DNA of 64,000 nucleotides from Mobula hypostoma (Eukaryota), in NCBI RefSeq assembly GCF_963921235.1, contig NC_086097.1, positions 134,108,001 to 134,172,000 on the forward strand, written 5' to 3'. The position numbers and the translations under genes were made by a program. The notes beneath the pieces were generated by a model. The model searched no databases. It was given only the letters and a program-made list of their open reading frames with translations, and was not told the DNA's origin. This document shows positions 22,831 to 34,659 of this stretch, piece after piece; position 1 is the stretch's first letter; every line of letters starts with the position of its first letter.

Positions 22831-25220
22831 CATCGACAGTGAGTAAGTACTCTCTCACAGAATAAGGAATTCAAGGATTTAGACCCAAAAATGATGAAAG
22901 AACACTGATATATTGCCAACTAAGAATGGTGTGTGACCTAGAGATGCAGCTGCTGTTGGTGGTGCTCACAAACACCACACAAGATAATCTAATGAAATGC
23001 ATATGAAGTGATAACGTGATGTTTTGGTCTTCAAGGAAGTGTAAGTTTGAGTTTTGTTAGCTTGTTGCTGAACTAAAAAATTAATTTAATTTAATATACT
23101 TATTTGCTTTTTCCATTCAGGAGATTTCCATGTTTTGTAAATGCAGAACTGTTCATCAGATATTGCAATTTTGCAGAGTTATCTTGGAATCATAGAATAT
23201 ACAGCATAGAAACATGCCCTCCTGCCCAACTTACCCATGCTGACCAGGTTGTCCACTAAGCTAGTCCCATTTGGCCCAAATCTATCTGAAGCAGTGGTTC
23301 CCAAAGTGCACGTTATCAGCACTGTTCTACTTTATGTACCTTCAGGCTGAGAGTCAAGTTTTGCGTGTGCTATGATGACATCGTAACCTTCATTTCCCTT
23401 TATTGATTGCAGCGCTTGAGGTTGGACTTAAACAATAGGCGAATGAATGTGGCTGTCAACCCATAATGAAAATGGCAGAAGCAAACTAAATGAAGAAGAA
23501 GTGTAGACACTATAGCGTGGAGTATCTGAAATATGGAGTTATTCCAATACCAAGCAACCAACAGCAGCTACTGCATCTGTTGTGTGAAAAAGTTTTTTCA
23601 AGTGAAGCAATGAAACTCTCCAGGCTTCTTGTACGTTTGAAGAGAATACACTCATAAAGCAAACATGGACTTGGCTCACTTTCAGTCATTTTGAACAAAC
23701 TTTCAGAAATGGCAAACACTTCAAAACATGTTTTCCAGCACTTCATAACGAAACAGTGATGGTTTGCATGCTTCATACATTTCATTGCTTATTGCTCAAT
23801 CTGGAAAGCCCCATACAATTGGAGAAGAAGCATTTCTGCGAGCAGTTAGGGAGGCTTTGAGTAAGTTTTTGCATAAGTCACCAGACCAAATAATTAAAGT
23901 GATTCCACTCAGTGACAACTCTGTTCCTCTGTTCAAAGACGAATAGATGTAATGTCTGAGAATGTGGTAGACACATTGTGCAACATATTTAGGACAACAG
24001 AATTTGACATCAATTGGATGAGTCAACTTTATCAAACAACAAATCTTTGCCCCTTGATTATATTCATTTCAAAAAATATTAAAGCATGGTTCAAGAGTTG
24101 TTCGTAAGTGGACTAGAAACAGATACTAAGGGGGAGTCAGTATTTCGGGATGTTGAGCAATTTTACAAAGAAAAGGACAGTCTGCTCACCAATATTATTG
24201 CTTGTGCAAAAATGGGCACCATCAATGACAGTACACTACTATGGAGTTATTACTTTCTTGAAAAAAGCTGTTCCTAACATATTTACTATCACTGTGTAAT
24301 TGACAGACAACATCTTATCACAAAATACCTAAGTGATCAGCTGTACAAATCACTAAATTCTGTTATCACAGCAGTTAATAAAAATTAAGTCCCATGCTCT
24401 CGAGAGCTTTGTATTGGGGGTGATGAACAGTTTGCATGCTTGCTGTTGCACATAGAAATTAGATGGCTCTCAAAAGGAAATTGTCTGAGACCATTTGTTA
24501 TACTTTTATGAAACTGTGATGTAATTCTTTGAAGACGTCAATGCTTCATTCTGTAATCAACTCAAGAATTAGGCATGACATTGCTTATTTGTCAGAATTA
24601 TTCACAAAGTTTAATGAAATCAGTCTTCAATTGCAAGGAGATGATGTGAATCTTACCAAAATAAAATCAGTTGTCTCCACATTTCTGTCCAAGTTAACCC
24701 TATTCAAGTGCAACATTGCAACATTGGTCATTGCAATCTTTTCCGATTTCCAAGCCTCTCTGAGTTGGAAGAGAAAGAAAGAATACCAAATGATGATCTT
24801 CACGTATACTGTGCCCACCTGGGTGAGCTGCATAAAGGCATGTTAGAGAGATTTCAGGATCTTCTCTCAATCCAAGTTCCAGATTCGGTAATAAATCCAT
24901 TCCTGAACTCTTGTAATGGGGAGGTAACAGGAAAGATGGAGGAAGAACTGATCTCGCTACAAAATGACTTTGAGCTGAATCCGAGACTCAAAAAATTATA
25001 TCAGGACTTTCAGTTGCAGAAAGAAACTATCTGAAGGCTATCCTACACTGTGGAAAAGGTCAAGATGTTCTTTATTGCCTTTCCAATGTCACATTTAGTG
25101 GAGGGCGGTATCAATGAACTTGCCCAATTTTGTTGAAAGCAACAAAACAGACTGCAAATGACTGATTGTGAGGACCTGAGACTCCTGACTGACATTCAGC
25201 CCGATGTTAATATCACTGCA

Positions 25221-26222
25221 AACAACAGGAATTCTGCAGATGCTGCAAATTCAAGCAACATACATCAAAGTTGCTGGTGAACGCAGCAGGCCAAGCAGCA
25301 TCTGTAGGAAGAGGTGCAGTCGACGTTTCAGGCCCTTCGTCAGGACTAACTGAAGGAAGAGTGAGTAAGGGATTTGAAAGTTGGAGGGAGAGGGGGAGAT
25401 CCAAAATGATAGGAGAAGACAGGAGGGGGAGGGATGGAGCCGAGAGCTGGACAGGTGATAGGCAAAAGGGATACGAGAGGATCATGGGACAGGAGGTCCG
25501 GGAAGAAAGACAAGGAGGAGGGGGTGACCCAGAGGATGGGCAAGAGGTATATTCAGAGGGACAGAGGGAGAAAAAGGAGAGTGAGAGAAAGAATGTGTGC
25601 ATAAAAATGAGTAACAGATGGGGTATGAGGGGGAGGTGGGGCCTTAGCGGAAGTTAGAGAAGTCGATGTTCATGCCATCAGGTTGGAGGCTACCCAGACG
25701 GAATATAAAGTGTTGTTCCTCCAACCTGAGTGTGGCTTCATCTTTACACTGAGGAGGCCGTGGATAGACATGTCAGAATGGGAATGGGATGTGGAATTGA
25801 AATGTGTGGCCACTGGGAGATCCTGGAAGGCCCCACCTCCTCCTCGTACCCCATCTGTTACTCATTTTTATGCACACATTCTTTCTCTCACTCTCCTTTT
25901 TCTCCCTCTGTCCCTCTGAATATACCTCTCGCCCATCCTCTGGGTCACCCCCCCCCTTGTCTTTCTTCCCGGACCTCCTGTCCCATGATCCTCTCATATC
26001 CCCTTTTGCCTATCACCTGTCCAGCTCTCGGCTCTATCCCTCCCCCTCCTGTCTTCTCCTATCATTTTGGATCTCCCCCTCCCCCTCCAACTTTCAAATC
26101 CCTTACTCACTCTTCCTTCAGTTAGTCCTGACGAAGGATCTCGGCCTGAAACGTCGACTGCACCTCTTCCTACAGATGCTGCTTGGCCTGCTGCGTTCAC
26201 CAGCAACTTTGATGTATGTTGC
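25221..26222. mobile_element. PLE insertion made of two inverted 3' ends, with a 14-bp TSD
   Basis: About 25255-25646 is the reverse complement of about 25827-26222. The spacer encodes the GIY-YIG C-terminus on the minus strand. TSD ttaatatcactgca at 25207-25220 and 26223-26236. Confidence 0.93.
26123..26160 (+). ncRNA. Minimal type I hammerhead ribozyme motif, core intact
   Basis: UAGUC-CUGACGA-AGG aucucgg CCU-GAAA-C-GUC-GACUG; predicted cleavage after GUC (26155). Confidence 0.82.
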
Positions 26223-27299
26223 TTAATATCACTGCACCAAGCCCATCCATCTCATTGAAAGGTGAAAAAGCAACAAAGGAGTGAATAGTTGGACCACTAA
26301 TGTACTCTCTAAAACTGTTAATGAAAATTGTTTTCACTGCAATTAAAGAAATAATTTTATTTGTAGCTTTAAATATATTTGAATAATTTTTGCAATTACT
26401 TGTCACTGCTTTGAATTAACTGTTCCTACTTTCTTCCTGTGTGCATCATAAATCAAAATTCTTTATAATTTTTGTGGGAGAGGAGAGAGCACTGAGGATG
26501 TGGTCTGAGAACAAAGGGGGCGGTAATCCAAAAATGTCTGGGAGCCACTGCTGTAAAGTATGATTTTTTGTGACATTGGTATGAAATCTATACTATATAC
26601 TTTTATTGTGTTTGGAGCAATGTATAGGGGGAATGGATTTTACACAGAATAATAACAGTGTGGAACACACTGCTGGGGGTGGTATTAAATTCAGATCCAT
26701 TAGAGATATTTAAGAGACTCTTAGATAGTTATGCGGATGAAAGAAAAATGGAGGACCATGTGGGAGGAAAAGGTTAAATTGATCTTGGAGAAAGTTAAAA
26801 GGTCAGTACCATAAAGTGGGCTGAATGGCCTGAACTGTTCTATGTTCTATGTGGCTACCGTGGCAGCAGAGAATATATCTATTGATCCAATCTCAGTGTT
26901 CTTGCTACACCAGTTTAAAGGGTTGCATGTGGATGTATGATAAACCAAAGTGGCTTATTGCGTTAGGCTGAACAAGTGTTAAAGTTTCAAAGAGACTGAA
27001 TAATAGAAAAACCCAAAAATTTTTAATGACAGATATAAGGGAATGATTGTCACTGTTGATTTTTGACTATTCTTGATGGCTCAGACGAACACTTAAAATA
27101 ACTGCCCACATTGGGTGAGGTTAGACATGGTGCCTAAGAACAAGTAGAGAATCAAAATAACGGCTGAATACTGTGTAGGGCAGTCAATTTACCCTGAAGA
27201 AGCTTAAATCTTCTCTTCGACAGGAATTCAGTGAAACCCTCTCACTGCTCCCTCTCTTGTGATCTCTAATGCCCTCGGACTCTTTGACCATGTACTCAG

Positions 27300-27515
27300 C
27301 CAGACCTGCTCACCTTCCAGCTAGCCTCTTTCCGCTCCCCTCACCTTTCTATTGTAGCATCTACCCCCTTCCTTCTCAATCCTCAAGCAAGGTCTTGGGC
27401 CGAAACATCAACTATCTTTTTATTTCCATTGATGCTGCCTGGCCTGCTGCGTTCCTCCAGCATTTGGTGTGTGCTGCTCCAGATTTCCAGCATCTGCAGA
27501 CTTCTTCGTGTTTAT
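27300..27515 (+). mobile_element. PLE 3' terminus, degenerate
   Basis: gccgaaacatcaac...gatgctgcctggcctgctgcgttcctccagcattt...tttccagcatctgcagacttc. Confidence 0.78.
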
Positions 27516-27589
27516 AGTCAGTTCACTATGTTTATGTTGGAGACTATATACGAAGGATCAGTCTCCAGAATCTCACAATAAGCAAAAGA

Positions 27590-28486
27590 CCGTAAGGCCA
27601 TAAGACATAGGGATAGAATTAGCCCATTGGGTCTGCTCTACCATTCAATTATGACTGATTTATTATCCCTCTCAACTCCATTCTTCTTCCTTCTTCCCAT
27701 AACCTTTGATGTCCTGACTCTTCAAGAACCTATCAACCTCCACTTTAAATATAGTCAGTGACTTAGCCTCTACAGCTGTATGTGGGAATGGATTCCACAG
27801 ATTCACCACCTTCTAGCTAAAGAAACTCCTCCTCATCTCATCTTTGTGGCCTCTGATCATAGACTTCCCACTGTAGGAAACATCCTCTCCTTGTCCACCC
27901 TGTCTAGGCCAATCAGCAGTGTAGCTGTTTGCACAACACTATTAGAGACTGGGGCATCGGTGTTCGGAGTTCCATTCTGGCATCCCCTGTAAGAAATTTT
28001 GTACATTCTTCTAGTGTGCACATGGGTTTCCTCCGGGTCCTTTGGTTGCCTCCCAAGTCCAAAGATGTACCAATTAGTAGGCCGATTGGTCATTGTAAAT
28101 TGGCCTGTGATTAGGCTAGGGTTAAATCGGTGGGTTGCTTGGAGGCATGGCTCATGTTCCACACTGTATCTGTAAAAATAAAAAGTATCAATAAGTTTCA
28201 ATGAGATTCCCCCCCCCCCATTCTTCTAAACTCCACTGAGTACCAGCCTAGAGTCATCAAATGCTCCTCATATGTTAACCCTTTCATACCCAGGATAATT
28301 CTCATGAACCTGCTCTGGGCTCTCTTCAATGCAATCACATCCTTTCTTAAATAAGAAGGCCAGAACTGCTCACAATACTCCAAATGCAGTCTGAACAATG
28401 CCTTATAAAGCCTCAGCATCGCATCCTTGCTTTTATATTCTAGTCCTCTTAAAATGAATGCTAAAATTGTGTTTGTCTTCCTTACC
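27590..28486 (-). mobile_element. CR1 3' part, host of a V-SINE and of the Gypsy element; continues at 34393-34650
   Basis: ORF 28198-28518 LRLYKAL.R.HLEYCEQFW.SYLRKD. The sequence resumes after the Gypsy TSD (SLQMNLDRLGEWAKK...GKCMTMHFGRR). Confidence 0.88.
27914..28187 (+). mobile_element. V-SINE (HE1-like) inserted in CR1
   Basis: gggtttcctccgggtcctttggttgcctcccaagtccaaagatg...gtaggccgattggtcattgtaaattg. Confidence 0.8.
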
Positions 28487-29013
28487 TGTTGCAACGAATG
28501 AAGTGAACCTAAACGCAAGACACAGGCATGGATATTGAGTTAGGATGCAGACACGGGCGTGAGCGTTGAAGGGCAAACAGGAGCGAGTGCAGGAAAGCAG
28601 GAGGCAGGCAGAACTTACCTTGACGTGGAGCGTAGAAAGGAAAGCGGCAGACAAAACTTTTCTTAGCACTGAGAGACAGAGTTACACAGGTAAACCTCGG
28701 TGCTGAAGTACAACTTAGAATACCTATCTTGACACAGAGAGACTGAGTTTCACAGGTAAATCTCGGTACTGAAGCAAAACTTAGAACACACAATCCTAAG
28801 CGGCTGGGAAATGTTAATTACCACATTGGCAAAACCAACGATCTGGCAACTAGTGGGTGCAAAGCCGGGGTTCTTATGCTGCAGGTCTTGATGAAAACCA
28901 GGTGTGTCGCCATCAAAGGAAATTAGGAGAAAATGGGGAATTAACAGTTGGAAAAATGGCACAATCAAAGGGAATTAGAAGAAAATGGGGAATTAACGGT
29001 CGGGACCATGACA
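28487..29013 (-). repeat. 3' LTR (527 bp)
   Basis: Direct repeat of 33396-34392 apart from a 470-bp insertion in the latter. Confidence 0.95.
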
Positions 29014-29029
29014 GTAGCCTCCCCTGAAC

Positions 29030-32000
29030 GGGAGTCTCCAGGAAAACCACCAGGCTTGTCCGGATTGTCTCAATGGAAATCTCGGATGAGGGAAGGGTTC
29101 AAGATGAAGGAGTGGGGAATCCAGGTGCGCTCCTCAGGACTGTATCTCTCCCAATCGACCAGGTACTAGAGACCCCTGCCTCGGCGACACACATCCAGTA
29201 TTCCCCAGACGGTGTAAACTGGGTAGTCAGTCGATGACCCAGGCGGGTGGAGGAAAATCAGCAGATGGACACAAAGGGCTGACAGACACAGGTTTCAGTA
29301 GGGAGACTTGGAACGTGGGATGAATTTGCATGGATCTGGGCAGTTTGAGTTTGACCATTGAGGGGTTGATGATGCTCTTGATTTCCAATGGTCCAAGGTA
29401 ACAAGGGGCGAGTTTCTTGGGTTCATTCTTGAGGTGGATGTCTCTTGAAGAGAGCCAAACCTTCTGACCAGGCTGATAATTAGGTGCAGGCATTCGATGG
29501 CGATCGGCAATCCTCCGGTTGCGGTCAGCTGAGCAGAGCAGGGCCACGCGTGCATCCTTCCAGACCTTGCGGCACTGGCGGAGATGAGCCTGAACTGAAG
29601 GCACAGCAATGCCGTCTTCATGGGCAGGAAACAGAGGGGGGTTGATAACCGAGGGAGCATTCGAAGGGAGACATTCTGGTGGTGGTGCTGACCAGGGAGT
29701 TGTGGGCATACTCCACCCAAGTGAGATGGGTGCTCCAGGATGACGGGTTGTTGGTGGATATGCAGCGCAGTGCTGCTTCCAAATCCTGGTTTGCTCGCTC
29801 CATTTGACCGTTAGTCTATGAATGAAAACCGGAAGACAGACTTACTGAGGCTCCAAGGGCTTGACAGAAGGATCTCCAGACTTGAGAGATGAAATGGGGG
29901 CTCCGGTCAGAAACAATGTCAGAGGGTATTCCATGAAGGTGGAAGATGTGAATGTCAAGGAGGTCGGCTGTTTCACGGGCTGTAGGGAGTTTGGGATGGG
30001 CTATGAAGTGCACGGCTTTGGAGAAACGGTCCATCACGGTGAGTACAGCGGTGTTACCGTGTGAAGGGAGTAGTCCAGTAACAAAATCCAGAGCAATGTG
30101 GGACCAAGGGTGGCTAGGGACAGGTAGGGGACGAAGCAGCCTAGCAGGTGGCCCATTGGAGGCTTTTCCACGGGCACAAACAGAACAGGCAGAGACGAAG
30201 GAGCGAGTGTCAGCATCCATGGTGGGCCACCAGAAATATCGCTTCAGAAGGGACAGGGTTCGATCGATTCCAGGATGGCAGGCAAAACGAGAAGTGTGCC
30301 CCCACTGGAGATCCTGAGACCAGACAGAGTCAGGCACGAAGAGGCGACTGGGGGGTCCATTGCCTGGGTGAGGTTGAGTGTCTTGGGCCTCGTTGACAAC
30401 GGATTCGATCTCCCAGGTGAGGGCAGCCACAACACAGGATGGTGGAAGGATGGTATTGGGGTTGGGAAGGCCCTCCTCAGAGACGTATTGACAAGAGAGA
30501 GCATCTGGCTTCCCATTCTTGGAACCAGGACGATAGGTGAGGGTGAATTTGAAACGGGCAAAAAATAATGCCCAACGGGCTTGGGGGAATTAAGGCGTTT
30601 AGCAGTTTGGATGTATGCCAGATTCTTATGGTCCATCCAGACGACAAATGGATGTTCAACTCCCTCCAGCCAGTGCCTCCACTCTTCCAAGGCGAGTTTG
30701 ACGGCCAGAAACTCCCAGTGCCCAACATCGTAGTTCCGTTCGGCAGGGGATAGATGGCGAGAGAAGAAGGCGCAGGGATGGAGCTTTTGGTCTGGGCCAG
30801 AGTGTTGGGAGTGGACCACTCCCACCCCAGAGTCGGAGGCATCAACTTCCACAATGAATTGGCGAGAGGGGTCGGTTTGGATCAGGATGGGAGCGGAGGT
30901 GAAACGCCTCTTCAGCTCTGAGAAGACTGAGTCTGCTTCGGGGGTCCAGTGAAAAGGGGTCACAAGAGAGGTGAGCTGAGTAAGGGGTGCTACCACCCAA
31001 CTGTAGTCCCTGATGAAGCGACGGTAGAAGTTTGCGAATCCCAGAAATCGCTGGAGTTGTTTGAGCGTCGTGGGTTTTGGCCACTCCGCCACCACCCGGA
31101 TCTTTTCGGGATCCGCCCTCACCTGCCCGCTCTCAATGATGTACCCCAGGAAACTGACGGAACAGGCATTGAACTCGCACTTCTCTGCCTTAACAAATAC
31201 CTTGTTCTCCAAAAGCCTCTGAAGGAGCTGACAGACATGGTGTGTTCCTGAAGACTACGGGAGATTAGAATGTTGTCCAAATAAACAGAAATGAAACGGT
31301 TAATAAGGTCCCTAAGGACGTCGTTTACCAGGGCTTGGAAGACGGCGGGGGCATTGGTGAGACCGAACGGCATGACCAGATATTCGAAATGACCGAGGGG
31401 GGTGTTATGTTTTCCATTCATGTCCCTCCCTTATCCTGACCAGGTGATAGGCACTCCGCAGGTCCAACTTAGAGAAAATTGTGGCTCTGTGAAGGGGCTC
31501 GAAAGCAGAGTTGATAAGGGGCAGGGGATAATACTAATTCTTTATGGTGATATTGTTCAGGCCACGGTGGTCAATTGAGGGGCACAGTGAGCCATCTTTC
31601 TTCCCCACAAAGAAGGAACCTGCACCTGCAGGGGAAGATGAGGGTCAGGTAATGCCAGCCATGAGAGAGTCATTTAGGTAAGCCTCCATTGCTTCCCTTT
31701 CTGGTCGGGACAGGTTGTACAGCCGACTGGTGGGTAGAGAGGCTCCGGGGAGAAGGTCAATTGTGCAATTGTAAGGGCGATGTGGGGGCAGAGAAAGGGC
31801 CCATTGCTTGCTAAACACTTCTCCCAGATCGTGATACTCTACTGGAACCTTGGATAAGTCGGGGGGGGGCGGTGTTCAGAGGCAGGCGAGGTCGCAGTGA
31901 CCTCCACTGCAGAAAGGGCTGATTTCAGACAAGTGGAATGGCAGAACGAACTCCAGCTGACCATCTTCCCGGTAGACCAGTCGATGTGGGGTTACGACGG

Positions 32001-32300
32001 CTTAACCAGGGATAACCAAGAACTATAGGGGCCTGAGGAGAGGAAATTAAATTGAACTGTACCTGTTCCCGATGGTTTCCGGGGAGAAGGAGAGGCAGGT
32101 GTTCTGTGCAGTGTGTGACTCGGGTCAGTAGTCTACCGTCCAGTGCCCGAGTTTTCAGGGGGGTACACAATGGCTCACAAGGAATTCCGGCTCGGAAGGC
32201 TAAGTTTTCATCCCAAATGTTTCCTTCAGTGCCGGAGTCCACTAGTGCTAACAGAGGCAGGGACTGTTGGTTGTAACACAAAGTGACTTGAAGCTGCATC
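29030..32300 (-). pseudogene. Gypsy pol pseudogene (protease, RT, RNase H, integrase, chromodomain)
   Basis: [102 protein letters not shown]. Multiple stops and frameshifts. Confidence 0.93.
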
Positions 32301-32334
32301 TAGGGTCAGGGGACAGAAGGGAATGTTGTCTGTC

Positions 32335-33385
32335 TCACCAGGGTCCCCTGTCTACTGGTGCCTTCCCTTTTGGCCGAAGGGGACAGGTAGCAAGGAAGTG
32401 GCCGGACTGGCCGCAGTATAGACACTCACCCACTCTCAATCTCCATAGTCGTTCTGTGGGAGAAAGGCGGATCCGTCCCAGCTGCAGGGGTTCCTCTCCC
32501 GGGGTGGTGGAAACGGCCGGGTTGGGAGCTACTTGGGGTGCAGAAGGAGGGGAGAGGCTTGTTCTGGCGGGAGGTGGTAATGAGTGCCGAGAAGTGGCCA
32601 AAGGTGGTGGACGACCAGTTCTTTCTCTATAGCATTCTCGGAGACGATTGTCCAACCTGGTGGCTAGGGAGATCAAGGTATCCAGGCTGTCAGTGTCGTC
32701 TCTTGCCGCCAACTCGTCTTTCACCATGTTGCTGAGACCATTCCGAAATACCCCTTGGAGTGCCTCATCGTTCCACCCCGAGTCGGCCGCTAACGCCCGG
32801 AACTCCATGGAATATTCGGCAACACTGCGTGAGCCCTGGCAGAAAGTAAGTAGACGCTTGGCGGCATCTTTAGCACGGACTGGGTGGTCAAAGATCTTTC
32901 TCATTTCCGCGATAAAGGTAGCAAAGGAAGAGCAGATATCCGGTTGGCTATCCCAAACAGCTGTGGCCCACGCTAATGCACTTCCCCACAACAACCCCAT
33001 GATATAAGCAATCTTTGACTTATCCATGGAGTACGTGGACAACTGCTGTTCGTACACCAAGGAACACTGAAGAAAGAAGGCCCGGCACTTCCCCAAATCT
33101 CTAGCATAGTTCAGGTACGTGAGGCCGTCTTGGCGGGAGTGTTGCTGACACGTAGGGGCTTGCCGCTACAGGCTATCTGGGCTGGTTAGACACGGTTCCA
33201 GGAGTGGGTTGAGTAAAATGAGTGGATACACGGTCCACCTGGTTACCGATCTGCGTGACGTGAGTAGACAGGGAACGGAGGTTCTCCATGACATCCCGGA
33301 GGAGTTGGTCGTGTTGTCCCGGTAGGAAACCCTGGCTGGCGAGGGCTTGTTGAAGTATATTCGTGTCCGTTGGGTCCGTGGTGGC
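32335..33385 (-). pseudogene. Gypsy gag (PEG10/Sushi-like capsid plus CCHC knuckle), frameshifted
   Basis: [51 protein letters not shown]. Confidence 0.92.
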
Positions 33386-33395
33386 CAGATCGTTC

Positions 33396-34392
33396 TGTTG
33401 CAACGAACAAGGCGAACCCAAACTCAGGGCACAGGCACGGAGATTGAGTTAGGATGCAGACGCGGGCGTGAGCGTTGAACAGCAAACAGGAGGCAGTGCA
33501 GGAAAGCAGGAGGCAGGCAGAACTTATCTTGACACGGAGCGTAGAAAGGAAAGTGGCAGACAAAACTTTACTTAGCACGGAGAGATGGAATTACACAGGT
33601 AAACCTCAGTGCTGAAGTAGAACTAAAGGCTGATTTATACTTGTGCATACGGGCTACACCATAGGTCGGATTTATAATTTTGCATAACCCTACGCTGTAG
33701 CGAGCATGCGTAGTTGTGTCTGCGTCGCTCTGCAATTCACCGCCAAAATGCTAGTTGGTGGTGGGGTTTCTGTGCCACTGTGTTGAGTTTCTTCATGAGA
33801 GACATGGACAAGGAAATGCATTTCAAATATTTTCAGATGTTGGCAGGTAGATTTCACGATTTGGTTCATCGTCTCCAACCATTTATTTCGCATCAGTGTA
33901 TAGACATGGCGGAGGAAAGCAACCAGAAATGTGTAGGAGGAAATGCGATGTTACCAAGCGGACCAATCACAGTTGTTATGGTCTGCATCACAGCGACGCA
34001 TGAGTTACATTTTTGGGGAGGTGCACATCACCCTACGGCGTAGGGTACGCAGTACCTACGACGTACATTTGACGCAGAAGTATAAATTGGGCTTTAGAAT
34101 ACTTACCTTGACACGGAGAGACTGAGTTTCACAGGTAAATCTCAGTACTGAAGCAAAACTTAGAATACACAGTCCTAAACGGCCAGGAAATGTTAATTAC
34201 CATATTGGCAAAACCAACGATCTGGCAACTAGTGGATGCAAAGCTGGGGTTCTTATGCTGCAGGTCTTGATGAAAACCAGTTGTGTCGCCATCAAAGGGA
34301 ATTAGGAGAAAATGGGGAATTAACGGTCGGAACCATGGCACAATCAAAGGAAATTAGGAGAAGATGAGGAATTAACGTTCAGGACCGTGACA
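33396..34392 (-). repeat. 5' LTR containing a Harbinger insertion
   Basis: Matches 28487-29013 on both sides of 33627-34096. Confidence 0.95.
33627..34093 (+). mobile_element. Non-autonomous PIF/Harbinger element
   Basis: TIRs aggctgatttatacttgtgc / gcagaagtataaattgggct; flanks TAA / TTA; the empty site in the other LTR is a single TTA. Internal remnant [26 protein letters not shown] resembles a Harbinger transposase N-terminus. Confidence 0.88.
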
Positions 34393-34659
34393 TTACCACC
34401 AACTCAACTTGCAACTTAATCTTTGAGGAATCCTGCATGAGGAAACACAAGTACCTTGGCACCTCTGGTTTCTGAATTTTCTCCTGGTTTAGACAATAGT
34501 ATACATATTTTTACCTTCTGCCAAAGTGCATGGTCATACATTTCCCTACACTATATTCTATCTTCTTTGCCCATTCTCCTAATCTGTCTAAGTTCATCTG
34601 CAGGCTCTCTGCTTCCTCAATGCTACCTGTCCTTCCACCTATCTTTTGGGTAGAAATTT

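Larger units (their letters stand above)
23292..26550 (+). mobile_element. hAT (Buster/Charlie-type) DNA transposon, decayed transposase, interrupted by a PLE insertion
   Basis: TIRs cagtggttcccaaa / tctgggagccactg; degenerate 8-bp flanks atctgaag / ctgtaaag. Peptide remnants YSVEYLKYG...CEKVFSSEAMKLSRL, IAQSGKPHTIGEE, IPLSDNSV, HIEIRWLSKG and IAYLSELFTKFNEISLQLQG. Confidence 0.9.
28487..34392 (-). mobile_element. Full-length Ty3/Gypsy chromovirus (Sushi-like) LTR retrotransposon, decayed
   Basis: LTRs 28487-29013 and 33396-34392 with TG...CA ends; TSD ttacc at 28482-28486 and 34393-34397; PPT aggggaggctac next to the 3' LTR; gag-PR-RT-RH-IN-chromodomain order. Confidence 0.96.

Noticed and set aside
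23480..25200. Domesticated ZBED5/SCAND3-like gene
   Set aside because: Many stops and frameshifts, TIRs retained and a PLE inserted; it is a dead transposon.
25213..26258. Cluster of overlapping Pro/Ser/Leu- and Gly/Arg/Glu-rich ORFs (also 8178-8704 and 18309-18852)
   Set aside because: Artefacts of the purine/pyrimidine-skewed PLE 3' UTR, which is poor in stop codons.
32335..33096. PEG10/RTL-like domesticated gag
   Set aside because: It lies in an LTR-bounded element with TSD, a frameshifted N-terminus and a broken pol; no clear GGGAAAC slippery site is visible.
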